From an uncultured virus (IMG/VR IMGVR_UViG_3300045790_000889) (lineage: Duplodnaviria; Heunggongvirae; Uroviricota; Caudoviricetes): DNA of 64,000 nt. Below the pieces are notes generated by a model that was given only the letters and a program-made list of their open reading frames with translations, had not been told where the DNA came from and searched no databases. Below, piece after piece: positions 38,968-49,223 of the stretch. Position 1 is the stretch's first letter, and every line of letters starts with the position of its first letter. The translations under genes were made by a program, and so were the position numbers. The stretch lies in IMG/VR virus record IMGVR_UViG_3300045790_000889; one strand, 5' to 3'.

Positions 38968-40317
38968 ATGGAAATGAATTACAATCAACTAATTGAAAAG
39001 TGGGCCCCGGTTCTCAATGAAGAATCTGCTGGTTCCATCCAAGATAAGCACCGCAAAGCAGTTACTGCTGTTGTGCTTGAAAACCAAGAAATTGCTTTGC
39101 GTGAGCAAGCAACACAACAAGGTGGTTTCGGTCAACTGACAGAAGCAGCACCAGCAAACAATACTGGTAATGTTGCTAACTGGAACCCTGTACTTATTTC
39201 GCTGGTTCGCCGCGCAATGCCAAACATGATGGCATATGACGTATGTGGTGTTCAGCCAATGACAGGTCCAACTGGTCTGATTTTCGCAATGAAATCAACC
39301 TATGAAACAACTCGCGGTGGCGCAACTGCTGACAATGAAGCACTCTTTGGCGAAGCGGTTACCGCTTTCTCTGGCGATTCTGCTGCAAGCATGGTAGACG
39401 ATGGTTCTGGTCTTTCTGGCGTAACAGATACTAACACTGACTCAACTATTAACGATCAGCGTAATGATCCTGCTGTTGGTACAAGTGGAATGACTCTCGC
39501 CAATGGCGAACTTCTGGGTACATCTGGTGCAAGTGCATTTGCTGAAATGGGTTTCACCATTGAAAAAGCAACCGTATCTGCCAAAACACGCGCATTGAAA
39601 GCAGAATATTCGCTTGAACTCGCACAGGATTTGAAAGCAATTCACGGTCTGGACGCTGAAAGCGAACTCGCCAACATTCTTTCAACTGAAATCCTTGCGG
39701 AAATCAACCGTGAAGTAATTCGTACCATTAACTCACAAGCAAAAACTGGTGCATCCACTGGTAACACCTTGTTGAATGGTATTTTTGATCTTCAAACAGA
39801 TGCTGATGGTCGTTGGAGCGTTGAGAAGTTTAAAGGTCTCATGGTTCAAATTGAGCGTGAAGCCAATAACATTGCCAAAGAAACTCGTAGAGGTCGCGGT
39901 AACTTCATCATCACATCTAGTGATGTTGCATCGTGCTTGGCAGCAACTGGTATGTTGGATTATGCTCCAGCAATGTCAACCAACTTGAATGTTGATGACA
40001 CTGGTAATACATTTGCTGGTGTTCTTAACGGACGCACAAAAGTATATGTTGACCCATATGCCACTATTGACTACATTACTGTAGGTTATAAGGGTACAAA
40101 TGCATATGATGCTGGTATCTTCTATTGCCCATATGTACCTCTGACCATGGTTCGCGCCGTTGGTGAGAATGATTTCCAGCCAAAAATCGGTTTCAAAACC
40201 CGTTACGGTATGGTATCAAACCCATTTGTCGGTGGCACACCAGCAAACGGTCTTGCTACAAAGCAAACAAACCAGTACTACAGAATCTTCAGAGTGGACA
40301 ACATTCTGGGTGCATAA
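38968..40317 (+). CDS. gp23: Major capsid protein gp23
   Basis: KWAPVL, VQPMTGPTGLIFAM, RALKAEYSLELAQDLKAIHGLDAE, FQPKIGFKTRYG. Confidence 0.99.
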   Translation: MEMNYNQLIEKWAPVLNEESAGSIQDKHRKAVTAVVLENQEIALREQATQQGGFGQLTEAAPANNTGNVANWNPVLISLVRRAMPNMMAYDVCGVQPMTGPTGLIFAMKSTYETTRGGATADNEALFGEAVTAFSGDSAASMVDDGSGLSGVTDTNTDSTINDQRNDPAVGTSGMTLANGELLGTSGASAFAEMGFTIEKATVSAKTRALKAEYSLELAQDLKAIHGLDAESELANILSTEILAEINREVIRTINSQAKTGASTGNTLLNGIFDLQTDADGRWSVEKFKGLMVQIEREANNIAKETRRGRGNFIITSSDVASCLAATGMLDYAPAMSTNLNVDDTGNTFAGVLNGRTKVYVDPYATIDYITVGYKGTNAYDAGIFYCPYVPLTMVRAVGENDFQPKIGFKTRYGMVSNPFVGGTPANGLATKQTNQYYRIFRVDNILGA

Positions 40318-40330
40318 TATTGCACAAAAG

Positions 40331-40398
40331 GGGCGAAACAACTAATGATTTCGCCCTTTATAAAACTTTTAAAACAGTGCTTCGGCACTGTTTTTTTT
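40331..40398. terminator. Two hairpins after gp23; the second is a probable bidirectional intrinsic terminator
   Basis: gggcgaaa..tttcgccc (40331-40356); aaaacagtgc-ttcg-gcactgtttttttt (40371-40398, C-UUCG-G tetraloop) between convergent genes. Confidence 0.9.
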
Positions 40399-40405
40399 AT
40401 GATGA

Positions 40406-40744
40406 TTAGGAAGAAAATCCTACCTTGACAGTTTTTCCAGTATTAGGAGAAACATTCAAAGCCATTTCCTTTTGAAAATCACGATAGTCTTTATCATCAT
40501 CTTCCATACTCTCTAACCATTCATCAACATTTGTATTTGAAGAAGGATACTCTTTCCAACCCAAAGTGTTTTCACAAAATGCCGCCATTACAAAAGCAAC
40601 AGCATCTTGCTCACGTTCAACGTCAGAAACAATGTAGGTATTTCCACCTTTGAACTTCCAATAGGCATTTCCACTTGAGAATTTTCCATCCTCTTCATGT
40701 GAGCCATAATTTTCCAGAACTTGTGTGTGAACTACAAAAGTCAT
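40406..40744 (-). CDS. Hypothetical protein (112 aa), the only convincing minus-strand gene
   Basis: Fills the gap between the terminator and gp3; purine-rich SD; TQVLENYG.H...YWKFKGGNTYIV motif. Confidence 0.8.
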   Translation of the reverse strand: MTFVVHTQVLENYGSHEEDGKFSSGNAYWKFKGGNTYIVSDVEREQDAVAFVMAAFCENTLGWKEYPSSNTNVDEWLESMEDDDKDYRDFQKEMALNVSPNTGKTVKVGFSS

Positions 40745-40775
40745 ATGATTCTCTCTTTCTCTTTGATTACAAGTA

Positions 40776-40804
40776 TAATTACCATAAGTTTATGGATATG
40801 TCAA
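40776..40804 (-). promoter_or_regulatory. Possible sigma70-type promoter for the 112-aa gene
   Basis: Minus-strand TTGACA-N17-TAATTA; the -10 is imperfect. Confidence 0.45.
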
Positions 40805-40805
40805 G

Positions 40806-40813
40806 TATAAATA
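40806..40813 (+). promoter_or_regulatory. T4 late promoter
   Basis: TATAAATA upstream of gp3. Confidence 0.85.
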
Positions 40814-40846
40814 CAGATATAAACGGATATAATTGGATATAATCGG

Positions 40847-41350
40847 ATGGCAACAGTTACCACAAATATGAACTATCTTCAGCCTACTAATTTTAAGGTA
40901 GTTATAAATCACAAAACTTTTGGGAATCTTGAGTTTTTTGCTCAAAGGATTATCCATCCAGGAGTAAGTGTTCAGGCAGCAAATGTTCCATACAAAAGAA
41001 TTTCAAGCATTTCAATTCCCGGTGATACGCTTACTTTTGAAGACTTGGCAATGGATATTTTAGTTGATGAAAATATGCAAACTTATATTGAAGTTTTTAA
41101 CTTATTGAGTTCTTTGGTTGAAACCAAATATAAATCACCTATTACTAAAGCAGTAACTGCCAGTATAACACAAGAATTAGACATAACTTTAACCATAACT
41201 AGTAGTCACAATAATGTTGTGAGAACAATTAGATATATTGATTGTGTTCCCACTAGCATTGGTACAGTTTTGATGGAAGCGACTTCTGAAACATCTCCTG
41301 TAATTACCTTTCCAGTAAACTTTAAGATCGGATATTACGAGATAAAATAG
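40847..41350 (+). CDS. gp3: Tail completion protein gp3-like
   Basis: NYLQPTNFK...PGDTLTFEDL...LVDENMQTY..; gp23-gp3-uvsY-uvsW synteny. Confidence 0.85.
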   Translation: MATVTTNMNYLQPTNFKVVINHKTFGNLEFFAQRIIHPGVSVQAANVPYKRISSISIPGDTLTFEDLAMDILVDENMQTYIEVFNLLSSLVETKYKSPITKAVTASITQELDITLTITSSHNNVVRTIRYIDCVPTSIGTVLMEATSETSPVITFPVNFKIGYYEIK

Positions 41351-41385
41351 ACCTATATATTGTTAATACATTATGGAGAATATGA

Positions 41386-41832
41386 TTGCTTAACCTTGAA
41401 GAAATACTTGAACATTGGTCAAACGACTGTAATATTGATGAACATAATCTAGATAAATCTAGTGTGGACATTGCAAAATTACATGCAAAATATTTACAAT
41501 TACTTTCTGTATATAAACTTCAAAAGAAAAAGTCTGAGATGAATCAAAAAATTCTTCTCAAGGATAAGTGGCTATATTATAATGGTAAGATGACTGAAAA
41601 GCAAATCATTGAAAAGAATTGGGAGTTTGACCCATTTGATGGTATGAAAATTATGAAGGGTGATATGAACCATTATTACGATTCTGATCCAGATATTCAG
41701 AAAAGTGAAGAAAAAATAATCTATTATAAAACATTGATTGAGACCCTACAAGAAATTGTAGAGACTTTACGCTGGCGACATCAAACAATTAGTAATATAA
41801 TCAAATGGAAGGTGTATCAGAGCGGTGGATAA
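41386..41832 (+). CDS. uvsY: Recombination mediator UvsY
   Basis: W..D..ID...L.....LHAKYL...KWLYY.GK...I.W motif. Confidence 0.9.
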   Translation: MLNLEEILEHWSNDCNIDEHNLDKSSVDIAKLHAKYLQLLSVYKLQKKKSEMNQKILLKDKWLYYNGKMTEKQIIEKNWEFDPFDGMKIMKGDMNHYYDSDPDIQKSEEKIIYYKTLIETLQEIVETLRWRHQTISNIIKWKVYQSGG

Positions 41833-43330
41833 GATAGTAGTGCAGAAGAAGAATGAATGTTATCTTCTGTTAGGTTGCGACAATGGTATCATTCAAGAAC
41901 TAAATGAATATTTTTCATTTTTTGTTCCAGGATATAAGTACATGCCAAAATATAAATCAAAGATGTGGGACGGTAAGATAAAGATATTTAATGCTTTATC
42001 TCATGAATTGCCAGCAGGTTTGTTGCATCAACTTAAAATATTCTCTAAGGAAAGAGGATATGAATTAGACTATGAAGATGGTGAGTATGGCCCACCAGAA
42101 GTTTTTAATAAAATAAATCCTAAAGAAATTATGAACTTTATTGAGGGTTTGAATTTAAGAAGTCGTGGTGAGCCGATATCTATAAGAAGTTATCAATTTG
42201 ATGCTGTGTGTTCTGCTATAAGAGAAAGAAGGTCTCTTTTACTATCACCAACTGGATCAGGTAAATCTTTAATTATCTATGTACTTATGCGTTGGTACAT
42301 GGAAAATCATCACGATAATGTTTTGGTTATTGTTCCAACCACTTCACTTGTTCAACAGATGTTTGCAGATTTTAGTGATTATTCGTCATACGATGATAGT
42401 GTTAATATAGAAAATGATTGTCATTTTATTTATTCTGGTCAAGCGAAAACTGGAATAAAAGAAAGAATAATTATATCAACATGGCAGTCAATTTATAAGT
42501 TACCTGCGACATGGTTTTCTAATTTTGGTGTAATTTTTGGGGATGAGTGTCATGGCTTTAAATCAAAATCTTTAACATCTATTATGAATAAGAGTAGAAA
42601 TACTGGATACAGATTTGGAACTACTGGAACTTTAGATGGAACTGAAACACACAAATTAGTCTTGGAAGGATTGTTTGGGAAGGTAATAAAAGTAACCACT
42701 ACGAAAAAATTGCAAGACGATTCAACATTAGCACCTCTTGAAATATATTTATTGAAATTAGAATATGATGAGGCCGATTGTTTTCAAAACGTAGGTAACA
42801 CTTATGCCCAAGAAATTAATTGGATTGTTCTGAATGAAAAAAGAAATAAATTTATTCGCAATTTAGCATTAGATATGAATGGTAATACTTTAGTATTATT
42901 TCAATTTGTGGAAAAACATGGTAAGGTACTTTATGATCTGATTTGTGATAAGAAGGAAGATAAAAGAAAAGTATTTTTTGTTTCTGGTGCTACAGAAGCA
43001 ACAGACAGAGAGGCAATTAGAAAGATTGTAGAAAGTCAAAAAGACTCAATCATTGTCGCCTCTCTAGGAACCTTTAGTACTGGTATAAATATTAGGAACT
43101 TACATAACATAGTATTTGCTTCTCCGAGTAAATCCCAAATTAGAGTATTACAAAGTGTTGGAAGAGGACTGAGAAAAAGTGATGATGGGAGAATTACTAA
43201 ATTATATGATATCGTAGATGATTTGAGACACAAAAAGAAATTAAATTATGCTTTACTTCATGGGGAAGAAAGATTGAAAATATATAAAAAAGAACAATTC
43301 AACTTTAAAAAGTACGAGGTCAAGTTATGA
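41825..43330 (+). CDS. uvsW: SF2 helicase UvsW
   Basis: SPTGSGKS, GDECH, GTTGTL, STGINI, LQSVGRGLR. Confidence 0.96.
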   Translation: MDKIVVQKKNECYLLLGCDNGIIQELNEYFSFFVPGYKYMPKYKSKMWDGKIKIFNALSHELPAGLLHQLKIFSKERGYELDYEDGEYGPPEVFNKINPKEIMNFIEGLNLRSRGEPISIRSYQFDAVCSAIRERRSLLLSPTGSGKSLIIYVLMRWYMENHHDNVLVIVPTTSLVQQMFADFSDYSSYDDSVNIENDCHFIYSGQAKTGIKERIIISTWQSIYKLPATWFSNFGVIFGDECHGFKSKSLTSIMNKSRNTGYRFGTTGTLDGTETHKLVLEGLFGKVIKVTTTKKLQDDSTLAPLEIYLLKLEYDEADCFQNVGNTYAQEINWIVLNEKRNKFIRNLALDMNGNTLVLFQFVEKHGKVLYDLICDKKEDKRKVFFVSGATEATDREAIRKIVESQKDSIIVASLGTFSTGINIRNLHNIVFASPSKSQIRVLQSVGRGLRKSDDGRITKLYDIVDDLRHKKKLNYALLHGEERLKIYKKEQFNFKKYEVKL

Positions 43331-43761
43331 GTTACAAAGAACTTAAAGATTTTGATAAAGTAAAACAGATAAAGATTTCTTCTGGTGATGAAATTTTATG
43401 TGAAATAATGGATATTACGGATGAAGAACTTATAATTCGTCATGCCCTTCAAATCTGTAAAATTGAAATTGATGCTAGTAGAAGTTATGGTATGTTAAAA
43501 CCTTGGATTTCGTTTCAAGAGCAAACACAAGAATTAGTATCATTAAACGACATGCATATTGTTGCTATTGCTACACCTAGTGAAGATTTAATAGTTCAAT
43601 TTAGTAACGCCATTAAGGGTAATACTACTGATGAAGATTTTGATGTTGATACTTGGATGGATAGGCTATATAATAAAAAGGAAAGTTTAGGAGTTGATTT
43701 TAGTGAGATGCTTGACAGCGATGAAAATATCATTAATTTCCCATCTGGATATAAGCATTGA
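43327..43761 (+). CDS. Hypothetical protein in the usual position between uvsW and gp55 (Sm-like N-terminus possible)
   Basis: QIKISSGDEILC...KPW motif; C-terminal NIINFP...KH. Confidence 0.65.
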   Translation: MSYKELKDFDKVKQIKISSGDEILCEIMDITDEELIIRHALQICKIEIDASRSYGMLKPWISFQEQTQELVSLNDMHIVAIATPSEDLIVQFSNAIKGNTTDEDFDVDTWMDRLYNKKESLGVDFSEMLDSDENIINFPSGYKH

Positions 43762-43786
43762 TCCCCCCCAATAAAGGATACTCCTT

Positions 43787-43815
43787 ATTATACACCTAAC
43801 TTATGATTCTGTCAA
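43787..43815 (-). promoter_or_regulatory. Consensus sigma70 promoter facing antisense into the uvsW operon
   Basis: Minus-strand TTGACA-N17-TATAAT, a perfect match. Confidence 0.7.
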
Positions 43816-43838
43816 CCCCTAAAATAAAATAATTATGC

Positions 43839-43867
43839 TTTACATTACCGTCTATTTGTGGTAGAAT
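43839..43867 (+). promoter_or_regulatory. Sigma70-type promoter for gp55-47-46
   Basis: TTTACA-N17-TAGAAT with TGn extension. Confidence 0.75.
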
Positions 43868-43893
43868 GGTAGAAATATTAAGGAGTGAATTTG

Positions 43894-44490
43894 ATGCCAA
43901 AAGCAAAGTCTAAAAGTACGCATTATGTAGATAACAAAGAATTTTCCGCGAAAATAGTAGAATATGTTAAGACTATAAATGAAGCGAGAGATAACGACAA
44001 AGAATTACCTGTAGTTCCAAATTATTTGGCATTATGCTTTTTAAGAATTGCTGAAAATCTTTCACATAAATCTAATTTTATTAGGTATACTTATCGTGAA
44101 GAAATGGTTATGGATGCTGTTGAGAATTGCTTAAAGGCAGTAGAGAATTATAATATTAATGCCGTGACCAGAAGTGGTAAACCAAATGCTTTTGCATATT
44201 TCACTCAAATTATTTGGTATGCATTTTTAAGAAGAATTGCCAAAGAAAAAAAACAACAAGATATTAAAGAAAAATATATGTCTCAATCTGGCATAGAAGC
44301 ATTCCTTGTGACTGAAACTGGCGAAGCATCAACTGGTGTCGCGACACATTTCATTGATGTTCTTAAAGACCGAATTGACAAAGTAAAAGAATATGACACA
44401 GAAATAAAAGAATTTGGTAAGACTGAAAGGCAACAAAGGAAAAAAAGAACAGTTAATGTTGATTCCGATTTGAAAGACTTTTTAGAATGA
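43894..44490 (+). CDS. gp55: Late sigma factor gp55
   Basis: HYVDNKEF, IAENLSHKSNF.RYTYREEMV.D, NAFAYFTQI...AFLRRI.KEKKQ; start moved to ATG 43894 (AGGAG at 43881). Confidence 0.96.
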   Translation: MPKAKSKSTHYVDNKEFSAKIVEYVKTINEARDNDKELPVVPNYLALCFLRIAENLSHKSNFIRYTYREEMVMDAVENCLKAVENYNINAVTRSGKPNAFAYFTQIIWYAFLRRIAKEKKQQDIKEKYMSQSGIEAFLVTETGEASTGVATHFIDVLKDRIDKVKEYDTEIKEFGKTERQQRKKRTVNVDSDLKDFLE

Positions 44491-45548
44491 AACTATTGAT
44501 ACTAAACGATACACACACAGGTATAAGAAATGCCTCTGATATTTTTTTAGATAATGCTGCAAAATTTTATAAAGAAATTTTATTTCCGTATTGCGACAAT
44601 CATAACATCAAGCAGATATTGCACTTGGGAGATTATTATGATCATCGCAAGTTTATAAATTTTAAGGCACTGACACACAATCGCAAGAGTTTTTTAAACC
44701 CGATGCGAGAGCGTGGCATGACTATGGATATTATTCCGGGTAATCACGACACATATTTCAAGAACACCAATGATTTAAATTCACTCAAAGAACTATTGGG
44801 TCATTATATGAATGAAATTCATATTGTTATGAAACCCACAGTAATGAACTATGGTGGTCTTGACGTTGCGTTACTACCATGGATCACCAGTGAAAACTGT
44901 TCAGAATCTATGAATTTTGTTAAAAATTGCAAAGCATCATTCCTTGCTGGTCATTTAGAATTATCTGGTTTTGATATGATGAGAGGAATTCAAAATAAAC
45001 ATGGAATGGATAAAGAAGCGTTCTCTAGGTTTGAGTTAGTTTTATCTGGTCATTATCATACCAAATCTCAAAAAGATAACATTATGTATCTGGGTACGCA
45101 GATGGAATTTTTCTGGTCAGATGCACATGATCCAAAACATTTTCATGTTTTAGATACTGAAACTCGCGAGATTGAAGCAATCGTTAATCCATTCACATTA
45201 TTTGAAAAGATAATCTATGATGATACAAAAACAGACTATAGTAATTATAATGTAGACCATTTAGATAATAAATTTGTTAAATTAGTTGTTATTAATAAAT
45301 CTAACCCCTTTACATTTGATAAATTATGTGATAAAATATCAGATAGAAAAATACATGAATTAAAAATTGCTGAGAATTTTGACGAATTTATAGGTGAAAG
45401 AGTTGGTGATGAGGGCGTATCTGTAGAGGATACTACCACCCTTCTTGATAGTTATGTTGATAATGTTGACACTGAATTAGATAAGTCTAGAATTAAAATT
45501 GAAATGAGAAATTTATTGACTGAAGCACAGGCACTTGAAATCGCATGA
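44487..45548 (+). CDS. gp47: Recombination endonuclease gp47 (Mre11/SbcD-like)
   Basis: DTH, LGD, GNHD, GHYH motifs. Confidence 0.96.
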   Translation: MKLLILNDTHTGIRNASDIFLDNAAKFYKEILFPYCDNHNIKQILHLGDYYDHRKFINFKALTHNRKSFLNPMRERGMTMDIIPGNHDTYFKNTNDLNSLKELLGHYMNEIHIVMKPTVMNYGGLDVALLPWITSENCSESMNFVKNCKASFLAGHLELSGFDMMRGIQNKHGMDKEAFSRFELVLSGHYHTKSQKDNIMYLGTQMEFFWSDAHDPKHFHVLDTETREIEAIVNPFTLFEKIIYDDTKTDYSNYNVDHLDNKFVKLVVINKSNPFTFDKLCDKISDRKIHELKIAENFDEFIGERVGDEGVSVEDTTTLLDSYVDNVDTELDKSRIKIEMRNLLTEAQALEIA

Positions 45549-47260
45549 TAATATTTAAATCGTTGAAGTATAAAAATTTCCTATCAACTGGAGATAATTG
45601 GACTGAAATAAAATTAAATAATTCTAAGTCCACTCTCATTGTAGGAATAAACGGCGCAGGTAAATCAACCATGCTGGACGCCATATCATTTGGGCTATTT
45701 GGTAAACCTCATCGTGGTATAAATAAACCTCAATTAGTTAATACAATTAATAATAAAGATTGTGTAGTTGAAGTTGCATTTTCAATAGGTAGTAAAGACT
45801 TTAAAATTGTTCGTGGAATAAAACCAAATCTTTTTGAGATTTGGACAAATGGTAATATGATTGATCAATCATCTCATGCTAAAGAATATCAAAAAATATT
45901 AGAACAAAATATTTTAAAATTAAATCACAAATCTTTCCATCAGATTGTAGTATTAGGTAGCAGTTCTTTTATTCCATTTATGCAACTGCCAGCACAACAT
46001 CGTAGGGATGTTATTGAAGACTTATTGGATATTAACGTCTTTTCTAAAATGAATACTATTTTAAAAGAAAAAACTTCTTTATTACGCGAAAATTTAAAGG
46101 ACGTAAAATATACCATAGATTTGACTGAAAACCAGATAAAAACTCAAAAGAAATATATTAATGACATAACCACATTAAATGATGATTTTATAGAAAAAAG
46201 AAATACTGATATATCTAATCTAATTTCTGAGCGTGAAGAACTGGAAAACGACAATGAAATATGTCAAAAGTTTATAGATGAAAACCAGAAAACTATGCAG
46301 GAGGAATTAGATCATGCGAATGATAAAAAGCAAGCGTTGCTCCAGTATCAAGCCCAATTCCAAACAAAAATCAAAAGATTGGTCAAGGAGAGCAAGTTTT
46401 ATGAACAAAACGAAACATGCCCAACTTGTACCCAGAGTATTGACGAAAGTGTTAGATCAGAGAACCTTAAATCCGCAAAGACCAAAGCAAAAGAATTTCA
46501 GCAAGCAATGGACCATGGACTTAAAGAGTCGGCTGCTGTGGAACAGATTATTGAACGGTATACTGAGTTGGCAGAAAAGATCAGACAACAAATGTCAACT
46601 ATATCTTCTAACAATAACACAATCACACGGTTCCAAAGACAAGTACAATCTTACCAAAATGAACTAAAGCAACTTTCTGATCAAACTGGAGATTTGTCAA
46701 AGGCGAATATTGAATTAAAAGATTTAGAAGAAAAAAAAGAAACATCAAACAATACGAGGTATGAGATAAACGAATCACATACCTATAATAACGTCATGGG
46801 TGAAATGCTTAAAGATACTGGAATTAAAACCAAAGTAATTAAACAATATTTACCTGTAATTAATAATTTGGTCAATAAATATTTGCAGACCTTAGATTTT
46901 TTCGTACACTTTGATCTAGATGAATCTTTTCAAGAGACAATTCGCTCAAGGCATAGAGATGCCTTTTCATACGACTCTTTTAGTGAAGGTGAGAAACAGC
47001 GCATTGATTTGGCACTTTTGTTCACTTGGAGAATGATTGCTAAGATGAAAAATTCTGTCGCCACCAATCTTCTAATTTTAGACGAAACTTTTGATTCATC
47101 TTTGGATCATGACGGTGTTGACAATCTTATGAAAATACTATATACTCTTGGTGAAGATACTAACGTGTTTGTTATATCGCATAAGGGAGAAATTCTTGAT
47201 GGGAAATTTGAAAACAGATTGGAGTTTTATAAAGAAAAAAACTTTAGTAGAATGAAGTAA
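45545..47260 (+). CDS. gp46: Recombination ATPase gp46 (Rad50/SbcC-like)
   Basis: GINGAGKST, CPTC hook, FSEGEK, LILDE. Confidence 0.97.
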   Translation: MIIFKSLKYKNFLSTGDNWTEIKLNNSKSTLIVGINGAGKSTMLDAISFGLFGKPHRGINKPQLVNTINNKDCVVEVAFSIGSKDFKIVRGIKPNLFEIWTNGNMIDQSSHAKEYQKILEQNILKLNHKSFHQIVVLGSSSFIPFMQLPAQHRRDVIEDLLDINVFSKMNTILKEKTSLLRENLKDVKYTIDLTENQIKTQKKYINDITTLNDDFIEKRNTDISNLISEREELENDNEICQKFIDENQKTMQEELDHANDKKQALLQYQAQFQTKIKRLVKESKFYEQNETCPTCTQSIDESVRSENLKSAKTKAKEFQQAMDHGLKESAAVEQIIERYTELAEKIRQQMSTISSNNNTITRFQRQVQSYQNELKQLSDQTGDLSKANIELKDLEEKKETSNNTRYEINESHTYNNVMGEMLKDTGIKTKVIKQYLPVINNLVNKYLQTLDFFVHFDLDESFQETIRSRHRDAFSYDSFSEGEKQRIDLALLFTWRMIAKMKNSVATNLLILDETFDSSLDHDGVDNLMKILYTLGEDTNVFVISHKGEILDGKFENRLEFYKEKNFSRMK

Positions 47261-47264
47261 GAGG

Positions 47265-47293
47265 TTGACTAATTATTTATAATGTGTTATAAT
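47265..47293 (+). promoter_or_regulatory. Sigma70-type promoter for gp45
   Basis: TTGACT-N17-TATAAT with TGn extension. Confidence 0.85.
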
Positions 47294-47322
47294 CACAGAA
47301 ATGAAACAATGGAGATTAAATT

Positions 47323-48009
47323 ATGAGAGAAGTGATTAGCGAAGCGACAATTCAAGTATTGAAGAACTTCGCATCTATTAATTCAAATATTGTTATTGAA
47401 AATGGTAGCAGTATCAGAACTATTTCAGAAGCAAAAAATATTCTGGCGAAAGCAGAAGTTGAACAAACATTCCCTCAAAGGTTTGGAATTTATGATTTAA
47501 GCGAATTTCTTGGAGTACTTGGTTTGGTTGACACGCCAGTATTAGATTTCGCTGGAGATTATGTGACTATTGGAGATTCTACTGGTAGATCAAATATCAA
47601 GTATTTTTTCTCTGATCCAGACATGCTGACAACATCTACAAAAGATGTAAAGATGCCAGAAGGTGATGTTAAATTTCGCCTAGATATGGATACATTAAAT
47701 AAACTAAAACGAGCGGCATCAGCACTAGGCCACTCAGAATTGATCATTGAATCTAGTGAAAATGATGGTCTTGCGAAATTGACGGTAACGACAACTGATA
47801 ATTCTACAGCGAATACCTTTTCTATTGATATTCCTGTTGAAGAAAACTCAAGTAGTTATAAGTTTGTGTATAACATTAACAACTTGAAAATTTTAACTGG
47901 TAATTATGATGTGGAGATTTCATCAAAATTGATTTCAAAATTGACTAATGCTGAAACTAAATTGCAATACTGGATTGCACTTGAAAAAACATCTACTTAT
48001 GGAGAGTAA
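47323..48009 (+). CDS. gp45: Sliding clamp gp45
   Basis: LKNFASIN, FGIYDLSEFL, YWIALE. Confidence 0.96.
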   Translation: MREVISEATIQVLKNFASINSNIVIENGSSIRTISEAKNILAKAEVEQTFPQRFGIYDLSEFLGVLGLVDTPVLDFAGDYVTIGDSTGRSNIKYFFSDPDMLTTSTKDVKMPEGDVKFRLDMDTLNKLKRAASALGHSELIIESSENDGLAKLTVTTTDNSTANTFSIDIPVEENSSSYKFVYNINNLKILTGNYDVEISSKLISKLTNAETKLQYWIALEKTSTYGE

Positions 48010-48015
48010 TTAAAA

Positions 48016-48234
48016 ATGGCTGACGATAAAAATAAAAAAGTTGAAGATTCACATAAAAAAGCATATGATCTTATGAATCAAATTTCTCGCAGCGCGATTG
48101 CAGTAATTGATACCGTAACTCAGCGCGGTGGTTTTCGTGGTGAAGAACTATCAACGATTGGGCAGTTGAGAGATCAGTGTACTCAAGGTGTGCAGATTGT
48201 TGAAAACTATAAGCAAGAGCAAGCAGAAGAATAG
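48016..48234 (+). CDS. Hypothetical protein (72 aa)
   Basis: VIDTVTQRGGFRGEELSTIGQLRD; SD present. Confidence 0.7.
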   Translation: MADDKNKKVEDSHKKAYDLMNQISRSAIAVIDTVTQRGGFRGEELSTIGQLRDQCTQGVQIVENYKQEQAEE

Positions 48235-48257
48235 ATATTAAAGGATAGATTTATATA

Positions 48258-49223
48258 ATGAATACTCAGAGTGACTTCTGTAATACAAATGAATTTCTGT
48301 GGGTGGAGAAGTACCGCCCACAGAAAATTGAAAGAACTATCCTACCAAAAGAACTAAAGGAAAATCTACAAAAAATCGTTGAGACCGCCGAAATTCCTAA
48401 CATGCTATTTACTGGAACCGCTGGTCTCGGCAAAACAACAGTTGCCAAAGCATTATGTAATACACTAGGTTTGGATTACATAATAATTAATGGTTCTGAA
48501 GATGGTAATATTGATACCTTGCGTGGCAAGATCAAACAATTTGCTTCTACTGTGTCATTGCAAGGTGGTTATAAGGTTGTGATCTTAGATGAGGCAGACT
48601 ACCTCAATCCACAATCAACTCAACCTGCTTTGCGTGGATTTATAGAAGAATTTAGCAACAATTGTCGCTTTATAATGACATGCAATTTTAAGAATAGAAT
48701 TATTGAACCTTTACATTCCAGATGTGGTGTATATGAGTTTAATACGACTAAAAAAGAAATGGCTGGTCTTTGTGGGGATTTTCTTAAACACGCTAGAAAT
48801 ATTCTTGAACAAGAGAATGTAAAATTTGAAGATCAAGACCTTGTTAATATTATTATGAAACATGCTCCTGATTGGAGAAGGGTTTTAAATGAGACACAAA
48901 GACGATCTGTGGGTGGTATTCTTAGTGCTAATAGTTCTAATAATACTGGTATTAATGAAATCGACTCTCTCTTAAAGTTCATCAAAGACAAAGACTTTAA
49001 AAAAATGCGTTCTTGGGTAGTAAACAATATTGACACAGATAGTTCTGCTATTTTTAGGGGAATTTATGATAAAATGTCAAGTCATATCAAACCACACGCT
49101 ATCCCTCAAGTTGTGTTAATTCTCGCAGAATATCAATATAAAAATGCTTTTGTTGCTGATTTAGAAATCAATACAGTTGCATGTTTAACTGAAATAATGG
49201 CAAATGTGGAGTTCATAGAATGA
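48258..49223 (+). CDS. gp44: Clamp loader large subunit gp44
   Basis: LWVEKYRP, GTAGLGKTT, ILDEAD, PLHSRC. Confidence 0.97.
   Translation: MNTQSDFCNTNEFLWVEKYRPQKIERTILPKELKENLQKIVETAEIPNMLFTGTAGLGKTTVAKALCNTLGLDYIIINGSEDGNIDTLRGKIKQFASTVSLQGGYKVVILDEADYLNPQSTQPALRGFIEEFSNNCRFIMTCNFKNRIIEPLHSRCGVYEFNTTKKEMAGLCGDFLKHARNILEQENVKFEDQDLVNIIMKHAPDWRRVLNETQRRSVGGILSANSSNNTGINEIDSLLKFIKDKDFKKMRSWVVNNIDTDSSAIFRGIYDKMSSHIKPHAIPQVVLILAEYQYKNAFVADLEINTVACLTEIMANVEFIE

Noticed and set aside
43084..45725. TATAAATA inside uvsW (43084) and gp46 (45718)
   Set aside because: Both arise from G-I-N codons within coding sequence and are expected by chance in AT-rich DNA.
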